A stretch of 64,000 bases of DNA from Octopus bimaculoides (Eukaryota), in NCBI RefSeq assembly GCF_001194135.2, contig NC_068996.1:39313504-39377503 (forward strand), given 5' to 3'. The notes below the pieces were generated by a model, which saw only the letters and a program-made list of their open reading frames with translations, searched no databases and was not told the origin of the DNA. This document shows positions 41,354-54,100 of this stretch, in pieces. The first letter of the stretch is position 1. The number at the start of each line of letters is the position of its first letter. A program made the translations under genes and the position numbers.

Positions 41354-42408
41354 TTCAAAAAAACAACAAAGTGAGGACGTGATACGGATAGTGTTATTGG
41401 ACGCTCAGGAAAGGAAAGAGAGAGTGTATGACGTTTCGGGCGTAGCCCTTCGTCGGAAAGATGGAAAGTTCGGAGAATGGAAGAACGGAGAAAGAGGAAA
41501 ATGGTACCGATGCCCATGAGGTTACATTGTGATAAGGCCGGAAGAGGAGGTGGTGGGGGAAAAGTTCTTTCTAAGACAGGAGAGTGAAAAAGGGAGATGA
41601 ATATCGGTGCGCGTGCGAAAGTCTGCGAGTGTGTGTGTGTGATAACAGAACGTGTGTGTGCGTATGTATGTGTGTGTGTAATGTGTGTATGTGTTTGTGC
41701 CTCCTTGTCTTCACTGCATGGGATAGTTATAAAGTGTGTTACTTCCATACAAGCAAAGTTCCTTGTTTCTGGTCATTCATGGGGTAATAATACCTTGCTG
41801 CAAACGAGTGAGACTTGAAGAAAAGAAGGGAAATTGTCTCAACAAATTGTCTCACTCCTGCAAGCATGATGGTAACAACGATTAGCGCATAAATGTTACA
41901 ACTGGTCAACCCTGATGTCACGGCAAAGAAACGTGGGGTCAAGTATACATATACAAGTGCACACGCACACAGATGTAAAAGGTTTTTGCATATCAGATTG
42001 AATTAAAAAAGAATGGTCACCTGAATGGCTTAAGTATGAGACAATTGGCTAAGGTACTGTGGAATCAAACATGAAGCCATGTGGTTGTGTAGCGTGTGTG
42101 TGTCTTCCTCTTACTCTTTCTTTCTTTGTATGTATACATATATGCAAGCACGCACGCACACACGTATGTGCAAATATGTACATATGTGTGTATTGAATGA
42201 TTGCTTGATAGTACATGGCATGCTATACAAGCTCAATTGACTATTCTGTGATCAGAAACATGAAACATATAGCTTTCATTTAAATCCTGTTTATTATATT
42301 ATACACACACGCACACGTATATACACTGTGGCACGTAGAGCAAGTGTCTTCCGCTGTAACCTCGGCTGACCAAAGCCTTGTAACAAAAACTGAAAGAAGC
42401 CTGTTGTA

Positions 42409-42460
<52 letters not shown>

Positions 42461-42494
42461 AATAAGGATAAGATCGATATTTAAAATAATTTTA

Positions 42495-42542
<48 letters not shown>

Positions 42543-44385
42543 ATATATATATGTGTGTGTTTGTGTTTGTCCCCCCACCATCATTTGACAACTGATGTTG
42601 GTGTGTTGACTTCCCTATAACTTAGCTCTTTGGCAAAAGAGACCTATAAAGTAAGTACTAGGCTTACAAAGAATAAGTCCTAGGGTTGATTTCTTTGACT
42701 AAAACCCTTTAAGGTGGTGCTCTAGCATGGCTGCAGTCAAATGACTCACACATGTAAAAGAATAAGAGAACAACACAGCTGTCCACATGGGATAATTCAT
42801 GCATCAAAGTATGAACAAACACAGTGAAACTTGCCAAAATCATTATAACTACTCATTAGTATTCAAATTTTATAGATACAGTAACACACACACGCACACA
42901 CAATTGCATATAAACACTTACATAAATGATAGATGAGTGTAAAAAATTAAGGACTGTTTTGAAGGGCAAATTCATCATCATCATTATTATTTAACGTCCA
43001 TTGTCCATGCTGGCATAAGTTAGATGGTTTGGCCAGGACTGGCAAGCTGGAAGGCTGTACCAGACTCCTGTCAGATTTGGCATGGTGTTCTATGTCTGGA
43101 TGCCCTTCCTAATGCCAACCACTCTGAGAATGTGATGGGTGCTTTTAGGTGCCACTGGAACAGGTACCATTTGTATGACACCAGTATCTGCCATGACTGC
43201 TATTTCACTTGGCTTGATGGGTTTTCTTCTCAAGCACAGCATAATGCCAAAGGTCTTGGTCTTTTATCAGTGCCTTCGTGAGGCCCAACATTCAAAAGGT
43301 GCTTTTCACATGCCACTGGCATTGGCCACCTTGCTGCCATGAGGCCCAACACTCAAAAGCTGCGTTCTACATGCCACTGGCTCAAGTGCCAGCATTGGCC
43401 ACAGCTATGATTTCACTTGGCTTGACGGGTCTTCTCTAATATGGCATATTGCCAAAGGTCTGTCAGTAGCCATTTCCTCCATGAGGCCCTACATTCAAAG
43501 ATTGAAAATAAGTAAATTCAAGTAATAGTTGGTTCAGTGCTTAAAATGGAAAAAAATTACAAAGCATGATTTTTTTTATTGCTGTTTTCAAAATCTTTGT
43601 TTACAGTGTTTTTAAAAACAATATTGAGGATTTTTTTTTCCAGATTATTGTTGATATATATATTTATTGAATGATTTAAATTATCTAACTTTAAAATCTA
43701 AATATACCCTATAAGAAATAAGCTGTCTTATTTCGGTTTCTTTATCTCAATACATATGTGTCTGTACATGTCTACATGTGTGTATATATATATATATGTA
43801 GAGAGAGGGAGAGGTATATGTTTGTTTGTAAGTACACATGTATGTGTATGCACATTGTACTTGTGTGTTTTGTCATTCTGCCCCTGTAGGTCTGTACACT
43901 GAATATAATATATATATATATATATGTCCCACCCATGCTATCATGGAACACTGATGTTAAATTATATATATATCCACTCCATCATTTTTACATGTACAAG
44001 ATAAACCCTGTTCTATTCAACACTCTAACCCCTATTCTTGTAGCCTTTAACTCCACCATTCAGCCATTTCACACCTATTTACTGTTTTAATTTGCAGCTA
44101 TAATTAATGAAATTAAAACCTGTTACTACAAAACTATTGCCAGTCACCACTTCCTCTCCTCTAAGCTATGCCATACTTATTAAACACCCTCACCAACTCT
44201 TATTTACCATTGATTACACCTGCTCTTGTTCATCATTCACTACATTCATACCCTGTACACATTTGACTACATCTACCCCATATTTATGTCAATCCTTCAC
44301 TCTCTCATCACCCTCTTGCAACGTTACCTATTCCTGCTGATTCTGTTGGTCACATGCTACCTTTTATGTAAATCTGCACACGAAA

Positions 44386-44446
<61 letters not shown>

Positions 44447-45226
44447 NNNNNNNNNNNNNNNNNNNNNNNNNNNNNNNNNNNNNNNNNNNNNNNNNNNNNN
44501 NNNNNNNNNNNNNNNNNNNNNNNNNNNNNNNNNNNNNNNNNNNNNNNNNNNNNNNNNNNNNNNNNNNNNNNNNNNNNNNNNNNNNNNNNNNNNNNNNNNN
44601 NNNNNNNNNNNNNNNNNNNNNNNNNNNNNNNNNNNNNNNNNNNNNNNNNNNNNNNNNNNNNNNNNNNNNNNNNNNNNNNNNNNNNNNNNNNNNNNNNNNN
44701 NNNNNNNNNNNNNNNNNNNNNNNNNNNNNNNNNNNNNNNNNNNNNNNNNNNNNNNNNNNNNNNNNNNNNNNNNNNNNNNNNNNNNNNNNNNNNNNNNNNN
44801 NNNNNNNNNNNNNNNNNNNNNNNNNNNNNNNNNNNNNNNNNNNNNNNNNNNNNNNNNNNNNNNNNNNNNNNNNNNNNNNNNNNNNNNNNNNNNNNNNNNN
44901 NNNNNNNNNNNNNNNNNNNNNNNNNNNNNNNNNNNNNNNNNNNNNNNNNNNNNNNNNNNNNNNNNNNNNNNNNNNNNNNNNNNNNNNNNNNNNNNNNNNN
45001 NNNNNNNNNNNNNNNNNNNNNNNTATATATATACTTTATTTAAAAGCAGCAGAAATATAACAAAAAAACCGTTACTCTGAGTTTCATGTTCCCGTTCATC
45101 GGACAGTTTTGTTAGAAACGGTTTTTTTGTTATATTTCTGCTGCTTTTAAATAAAGCATATTACTCTACCTCTGGTATTTGAGTACTCTTTTTTCCACCT
45201 TGTTGCACATTTCATGCGCTTACTCC

Positions 45227-45262
<36 letters not shown>

Positions 45263-47463
45263 ACGCACATATGTATTTTGATCTTTAATACACAGCTGAT
45301 TTTTAACATGTTACTCAGTGAGTCTTATAGATTTTAAATAAATTTGGAGCTGATATAATTCTTTCAAGAACCGCAGAGCTCTATAGATCTGGCGGTTTCT
45401 GTAAAGTTAAAAGAAAAAAAAATTGTCTGGCGCTAGGTAGGATAGTTTTGTCACTGATAACTTTTCCTTTGATGCTTATTCCTCAAAGCTAAGTGGAACT
45501 AAAGTATTTAGAATTGCTTTCTACCATGATAAAATATCTGAAGGAGATTTGAACTTGTAATCCAATACATATTCACCTGGCCATTTTGCTTCTTTTATAG
45601 TCTTATTATGGCTGTTATTGATCTAGAACATGGCTGACCAACTTGAGGCCCACAGCCCACAGACTTTTATCTTTCTGTCCAGTTAATACTTTCTTGAAAT
45701 GGGTTTATTTAAACAAACGTTTTAAAAGATTTTATCAAAAATTAGAGATTGAAATGAAAAATAAAAAAGAAAGATTCAACTGTTTTTGCAACGATAATAT
45801 TTTGTGTTAAATCAATGATCATTCATTCATTATTGTAATGATAGCATGAGAAAGCAAAATGCTTTCAAATCTGTCAATATACAAGCAGCCCTCAAAAATC
45901 TTTCTGTGATTAAAGTGGTCCATAATGTAATTTGAGTTGGCCAGGCCTGATCTAGAATACACTTGAATGGTTCTGTGAATTTAAGAATTTGCCTATGATT
46001 TGTTGCTCAGTTACTGTCTAACCATAGCAGCTCAGTTGTGTGTTGGAGATTAAAGCTTGATCCACAGTGAAATGATGGTAGTAAGGATGTAAATTCATAT
46101 CAGCAGTGTAGCTCTTTGTGTAGCCTACATGTTAAACAAAAAGAATGCTGAAACACACATAACCAGCAGTAGCTATCTGGTATTGCTTGGGTTAATGAAA
46201 ATTTTTTACTTTGCCATAATCAACTGCATACAGCAGACATGGTTGTGTGGTTAAAAGTCTTGTTTCCCAACTGTGTTGTCTCCTGTTCAATCCCACTGTG
46301 TGACACTTGAGCAAATGTCTCCTACTATAGTCCCAGACTGACCAAAGCCTTTTTTTTGTCCTCCATCTACTACTTCTTTTATTACTATTCTGTTGTTCTT
46401 TTATTACTATTCTCTTTTTGTTGTGCCAATCATTACCTACTCTCTCTTACCTTCCCTCCAGTTTGTAGTTACCATCAGTTATCCTTCTACCCTTATGAAC
46501 TATTTTCTAAGTCTTCTTCTATCCCTACGTATCTCTAGTCATCCCTCACTCTCCCCCACTCTTAATGCATCTAACTACCACTTACTCTTCTTGTACACAC
46601 CTGCGACCACTATCCACTATTCCTACCAGTTTCTGTTCACCCTCTTGTACTTTGGGATCTCATCCTAATACCTTGCCATTGTCTCTCCTCTCTGTCTACT
46701 AGAGTCCTACTCAGTTGAAGGGTGTCTTATCCTTATGAGATACATGTTGACTTCACCAATGCTGGTACCATGAAAAATGTACTTGGTACATGCTGTAAAG
46801 GTTTTTGATGTTAGGAAGGGCATCCAATTGCAGAAGCCATGCAAAAGCACTTGTTGGAATATGATTCAGTCCTCTGATTCATTGAATCTTATACCAGCAC
46901 GGAAAACATACTTTAAATGATGATGATTGTGTGTGTGTGTGTGTGTGTATGCAAACCATAAAATGTCAATGTATGAGAGGTGAATATATTTAATCACTTG
47001 TAATCCTTAGGGTTACAGCTGTTTTGCAGCCTTCATCATGTGGTAATAGTTTCCTTGTATAATAAATTATTTTTATATGTCTGCACTAACGTGCCTGTTA
47101 TGCAGTGCAATTGTATGTTTACCAATTGGTGCAGATAGAGAAAGCTAGCTCATCAGATCACTAAAGTATCATGGTTATACCAATTCTTCCACCCTGAAAT
47201 TCTTATTATATAATGAAGGCTGCAAAATGGTTGTAACCCTAAGTGGTTAAGTAATAAGAGGTGACTCTTATTACTTTCTGACTTCTGATGGTTTATATAC
47301 TCACTTTGAAATAATTTCATTGATCAGATCTGCATTTTAGCTACATAGAACTCAGCATTATAGCTTTCTAAATTGGATTACTAAATGGTCTGCTCGCCAT
47401 ATCTGTTAGAGGAGCTTTCTGTGATAACCACATGATTCTACGATTTCATATATTACACTTCAA

Positions 47464-47510
<47 letters not shown>

Positions 47511-50500
47511 CATGGCTGTGTGGATAGGAAGTCTACTTCAGAATCTTATAGTTAAGGGTTTAGTTCTACTGCTTTATCACTTTCAGCTTGTGCCCTCTAC
47601 TATATCACAATTCCTTGTGAGTGAGATTGGTCAACAGAAACTGAAGAACTCCCATCACATATGTATATATATATTTATAGATGTGTGAGTGAGTTTGTAT
47701 TTCCTCTTGTCTTTGTGAGTGTTTGATATTTGTCAACAAAGCCTCATTTTCTTCACGCAAGCAATGTCATTTGCTTGTAGTCCTCTATAAAAGTATATCT
47801 GGGCTTCAGGACACGTCTTGACATGTTGCACAATCTTTGTAAACAAACAGCTCATTCGTGTTGTGTGATTTATTTCCAGTTACCCTTGTAATCCTGCCCC
47901 AGCTGTTCATGGTTCAAGTTGGGGAGATTGTCACATTAGCTTAGAAACAAGTGGAAGTTGGTGTCAGGGAGAATATTCAGTTGCAGAAAGTTCACCCTAA
48001 TATAGTCTTGTGTGGCCCATGCAACCATGGAAAAGTAAACATTAAAATAATGGTGATAATTATATACTATACTAATACAGGTGTGACTGCGTGGTTAAGA
48101 AGCTTGCTTCCCAACCACATGGTTCTAGGTTCAGCCCCCCTGCGTGGCACCTTGGGCAAGTATTTTCTGTTATAGCCTTGGGCCAACAAGGCCTTGCGAT
48201 TGGATTTGGTAGATGGAAACTGAAAGAAGCTCGTTGTATATGTATGTATCTTTGTGTGTGTGTCTGTATTTGTCCCCCCCCCCCATCACTGCTTGACGAC
48301 CAATGTTGGTGTGTTTATGTCCCTGCAACTTAGCAGTTCAGCAAAACAAACTGATAGAATAAGTACTAGACTTACAAAGAATAAGTCCTGGGGGTCAATA
48401 TGTTCAACTAAAACTCTGTAAGGCGGTGCTTCAGCATAGCAGCAGTTAAATGAAACAAGTAAAAAAAATGAAAAAGAATTAAAATAATGATTACATACTA
48501 TACATATATATATATCATATACTTTTACAGAGTGTACTAGTTGTGCATGTGTTTTTTGTTGCACCAGCATTAGTGAGGTTACCGTGTAATTTGCAAGATT
48601 AAAGATCCTTTGCTTGAGACGGAGAATAGGAAATGAAAAGATCACTTTATGCAAGGTGTTTGGAAGGTCCTGTATAATGAGAGGAGTAGGAAAAGTTTGT
48701 TGTGAAGGACATTTATAGCTGACTATTTTGCATTTTAAATACATGGAGGGAATAGCTGAAATAGTGTCACAGGGAGAATTAAATCCAGTGACAAGGCTGA
48801 TGTGTGCAAAATAAATAGGAGAAAATGTGAAGACTGGCAAATTGGTGGGGGTGGGAAAGTGTGAGAGTGAGGGATGGATATAAACATGGTGTGAGGTGAT
48901 GGTCAGATGTATTGAGGAAATGAATGTGGTGAGTGGTGAAGGAAGAGTAGGTGAGGGTGATTGATGGCAAACATGAATTGAGGGATGGTAAGAATGATGG
49001 ACGGGTAGATGTTAATTGGGAGTAGCTCAGAGAAGGGGAAGAGAGAGAGAGAGAGAGAGAGAGCATGGATATGGGCAGTACAGAAATGCTGATGTGAAAT
49101 GGTTTGTAATAAATTCTAATAGAAGATGAATGGTGAGGTTCAAGGCTGTAAGAGTGTAGTGGGGGACTCCGAGTTATGGATAAAACTGAGATGGGATAGA
49201 CAATAGTAAAAAGTGAGGGTAAGTATAGATAGATGGGTGGCAAAGAGCCTGATTGGGATCCAGTTGTCTAGATGAGAGGGGAAAATAGATTTGACAAGGA
49301 TGCTGGGGGAGGGAAGAAGGGGCAGTTATGTTTATATTGTGCATCCGTGTGTTCATAATCTTAATTGTGTACAATAATCCCTCAACTATTATGGGTGCTA
49401 TGTTCCAAAACCTCCCACACAAATAATTAAAATCTAAAAAAATATAAATACCTATTAGCCACAGAAACCCCATGATATAAATTTACATACATTTGCCAGA
49501 AAAATCTGCAATGTACTGAGTGCGCTATAGGTGAACTGCAATGTACTGAGTGTGTGATAGGTGAACTGCAATGTACTGAGTGTGTGATAGGTGAACTGCA
49601 ATGTACTGAGTGTGTGATAGGTGAACTGCAACGTACTGAGTGTGTGATAGGTGAACTGCAATGTACTGAGTGTGTGATAGGTGAACTGCAATGTACTGAG
49701 TGTGTGATAGGTGAACTGCAATGTACTGAGTGTGTGATAGGTGAACTGCAATGTACTGAGTGTGTGAGAGGTGAACTGCAATGTACTGAGTGTGTGATAG
49801 GTGAACTGCAATATGGGGAGGGATTACTATACATACTCCTTGTTCTTTCTGAACTTCAGTCATGCTGTGCTACCATTGCTGAGCAGGTTTTCTCAAGCAG
49901 TGCATTTTGTATCAGTCCTTTGTCATCTCTACTGCCAGTCATCTTGGTCCTGTCATCTCCATGCTGCTCAAAATCATGAAGTCAGCCTTCACCACTTCAT
50001 CCCACCTCATCCAGAGTCCTTTCCGTAGGTTCTGTGTACTGGAAGTGATAGACACATCTTTATGCGACTGTCCTCATCCATATGCATCACATGACCAAAC
50101 AAGTACATTTCATTTGATTCTTCTTCTGAACAGTTTTTCTCTTAACACATTTGCTCATTTGTATTTCATCATTCATGAACATTGACATTACATGTCAAAG
50201 TGAGCACACTTGCTTCATTTCTTTCTATCAGGTTCTCTGTGTTCAGGGCCTTCATCTCACTACTATATAGAATTACCATTTGCGTACAAGCACCATACAA
50301 TCTACCTTTCACTCTGAGAGTTAAAAACCTTTTATTGCCAACAAAAATAATAGCACCCTGAACTTTCTCCAATCTGTTCTTACTCTGGTTACTATTACTA
50401 TTTAATTGTCCTTCATCACAGTTAATTAGCTCAGCTAGGTTATAGAGACTATCTACTATCCTTGTGGGTAACTGAGAGCATCTATATCTCATCTTAGTGT

Positions 50501-51092
50501 TAAACTTCCTGTGTTTCCACTGTACAAAAGGTGCGGTGGAATCTGCATTTGGTATGTGTATTGAGCAAGACCATTTCCCTGATAGAAGCAGGGATCTGTC
50601 CGTTTTCCTTCCATGAATGAACGTTCTTTTCTATAGGTCAGCTGTAAGAATGGGGTCATCAGCATATAATGGTTCCCATGGATGACAATGATAATTAGAA
50701 GAGGACCAAGTACTGGTCTCCAGTAGACCTCTTACTTGCACACTAAATTTGTTACTGTATTCATTGTTAACTTTCACATGCTGACAGCACCCTGTGCAAG
50801 GTTTGTATGAAACTCACAAGCCACTTGTCCACTTCCAGCTTCCTCAGGGACCACCAGAGTGTAGAGTAAAGGACTCTATTGAAGACTTTCACCAGATCAT
50901 TGAATGTTACATGCTGCAACTTATCTAGCTAAATACTTTTCATGTAGTGTCTTATCAAGAAGATGGCATCAGTAGTATTTCTTTCCGGCACAAAATCAAA
51001 CTGGATCTCATCTAAGTTAACAATCAACTGATAACTCTCTCTCTCTGTGACTTCCATAACCTGGTCCAATAATTTGATAAATATAAATATGG

Positions 51093-51162
<70 letters not shown>

Positions 51163-54100
51163 CTATACACACACACAGAGGTGAGCACGTAAGGGCAAAA
51201 CAAAGTGGGAAAAATAGTACTCAAATATCAAAAAGGTAGAGTAATATGCTTTTATTAAAGCTGTAAAATTTTCACAAGATTGTTGCTCAGTTTCATGTTC
51301 CCATTCATTGGACAGTTGTGATATTTGGTTATATGAATTCCTTAAGAATCAAGGCACATCAACATGTAAGATGCTAGAAAATGGCTAGGTATGAACAGAG
51401 AGAGCACATAGTGAAATAAAGCAACATTGTAGACTTCAAGTACTGGCGGGATACTGTTGATATGCAAGTACCAAATCCAATTTGTAACCACTGATCCGAC
51501 TCACCAGCAGAGCATCGGTGCAGCATAAGCATAAAATAGTGAATACAAATGCTGGCATTTATAATTTACGACTTGTTTCAGTAGAATTTTATGTAATATA
51601 GTTGCAAAAAATTACATCATAATGGACATTCCACCATCATCAGATAAAATTGTAAACAGTCAACTTGGATATAGCTACAATTTGTTGGCCTAGTCCAGTC
51701 CGACAAATGATGGCTACATCCAGGTCAACTGTGTAAAACTTTACCTAATTTTACCTGATGATGGTGGGGTGTATATTATGATGTAATCTTTTAAGAATAT
51801 ATTAAATAAAATTCTACCAGAACAGCTGTTGTAAATTTTAAACATCATTCGTGTTAACTATTTTNNNNNNNNNNNNNNNNNNNNNNNNNNNNNNNNNNNN
51901 NNNNNNNNNNNNNNNNNNNNNNNNNNNNNNNNNNNNNNNNNNNNNNNNNNNNNNNNNNNNNNNNNNNNNNNNNNNNNNNNNNNNNNNNNNNNNNNNNNNN
52001 NNNNNNNNNNNNNNNNNNNNNNNNNNNNNNNNNNNNNNNNNNNNNNNNNNNNNNNNNNNNNNNNNNNNNNNNNNNNNNNNNNNNNNNNNNNNNNNNNNNN
52101 NNNNNNNNNNNNNNNNNNNNNNNNNNNNNNNNNNNNNNNNNNNNNNNNNNNNNNNNNNNNNNNNNNNNNNNNNNNNNNNNNNNNNNNNNNNNNNNNNNNN
52201 NNNNNNNNNNNNNNNNNNNNNNNNNNNNNNNNNNNNNNNNNNNNNNNNNNNNNNNNNNNNNNNNNNNNNNNNNNNNNNNNNNNNNNNNNNNNNNNNNNNN
52301 NNNNNNNNNNNNNNNNNNNNNNNNNNNNNNNNNNNNNNNNNNNNNNNNNNNNNNNNNNNNNNNNNNNNNNNNNNNNNNNNNNNNNNNNNNNNNNNNNNNN
52401 NNNNNNNNNNNNNNNNNNNNNNNNNNNNNNNNNNNNNNNNNNNNNNNNNNNNNNNNNNNNNNNNNNNNNNNNNNNNNNNNNNNNNNNNNNNNNNNNNNNN
52501 NNNNNNNNNNNNNNNNNNNNNTATATATATATATATATATATGAATGATATGTCCTCTTCTTCAGCATAATTGTTTTAACACCTGCTTCTCTGAGCTTCG
52601 GTTACATACAATTTGTTGATGTAAATTTTTTTAAAAGCTGGTTGTCCTTCCTGTCACTAACCCTCTCCTGTTTCCAAACCAGACCATAATTCTCCGCAGA
52701 AGATTGGAAACAAATATTGCCACTTCTGGCAGTATTTGTTTACATGTATCCTGAACATTGAAACAAGGAGACACAAACACAATGGGCTTCTTTCAGTTTC
52801 TAATTTCTCATATCTACCCACAATTCTTTACTCAGCCCAAGGCTGTAGTAGAAGCCACTTACCCAAGGTACTACACATCAGACTAAACCCAAAACCATGC
52901 GGTTATGGACATAACCATATCTATAATGTATATTTATATATATTTTCATATACATACATCATCATCATCATCACCATTATTTAATGTCTGCTTTCCATAC
53001 TGGCATGGATTAGATGATTTGACTGGAAATGGTAAGCCGGAGAACTGCACCAGGTTCCAGCCTGAATTTGGCATGGTTTCTACGGCTGGATGCCCTTCCT
53101 AATGCCAACCACTCTTGAGAGTGTAGTGGGTGTCTCTGACATGTGTGTGTGTATATATATCATTGTTTTAATGTCTAATATGCATTGGTCAGATGATAAC
53201 TGTGAAGTAAATTTTCCTGGAAGCAGATGCTCTTCCTGTCACTAACCTTTTATCCGTTTCTGAAGAAATTGATAATACTTTTAGTCTATTGAGCAAGAAA
53301 CAACCTGGCTTTGCTTTTGCTGAGAATTACTAAGAAATGGGACTGTTTTGTTTATAATGAGCATATATCAAAACAAGATATTTATACTCAGTCATGGTCG
53401 TGCTCACACATATACATGCACACACAATGGGCTTTTTTCAGTTTGTATCTATCAAATTTCACTCACAGGTTTATCTATCAAATTTCACTCACAGGTTTAT
53501 CTATCAAATTTCACTCACAGGTTATTGGTCAACTTTCAGCTATAGTTGAAGACATCAAACAACAGTGTCAATGTAGTGCAAATGAACCATCAGCCAATGG
53601 TTCTGAAGCCTGTATGAGATGCAGTTTGGCTTTGTGCTGAGAAGTACTTCTGATGCCATGTTCTTTGTGAGACAACTGTAAGAGAAGTTCTTAGCTAGGA
53701 GACAGCCCCCAGTATTCATTGATCTTGAGAATGCCTTTGAATGAGTCCTTGCTGTGTCATCTCAGAGTTACAAAGGATGCTAAAATAGCCGAATGGCTTT
53801 TGGGAGTTGTGCAGATACTTTATAGAAAAGCACTTATTACTAATGAGTTGAGTAATGGTTTTAGCTTGTAGTACCGGAAGAACGTAAGTTCACAGTCCTT
53901 TCCTGTCTGTTATAGTTTTTCCAAAGCAGATTAGAACAACTTAAAACTAGCTGTTTATGGGAACATCTGTATGCTGATGACCTAGGTCTTATAGCAGAAT
54001 CTGTGAGTGGTAATTTTAGAGGTGAAAGCAAAAACCTAGAATTGGTGGGCCTTAACTCTTTTGAAACCAACCCATGATCCAAACTTTCTATATAAAGTGA

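Larger units (their letters stand above)
51548..51857. mobile_element. About 310-bp imperfect palindrome carrying one hammerhead motif per arm (probable Penelope-like inverted end or non-autonomous derivative)
   Basis: 51563-51651 is the reverse complement of 51747-51837. The spacer is also self-complementary (TGGATaTAGC/GCTAcATCCA; ATTTGTTGG/CCGACAAAT). Confidence 0.6.

Noticed and set aside
41739-41942. Possible GIY-YIG endonuclease relic next to the hammerhead
   Set aside because: The translation shows no recognisable GIY/YIG motif; this needs a TBLASTN check.
49506-49812. CRISPR-like regular repeat
   Set aside because: There are no unique spacers (pure tandem array), and the context is eukaryotic.
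49427-49979. Repetitive ORFs such as ([10 protein letters not shown])n and ([10 protein letters not shown])n
   Set aside because: They result from the 30-bp minisatellite inside a MITE; there is no splice or homology support.
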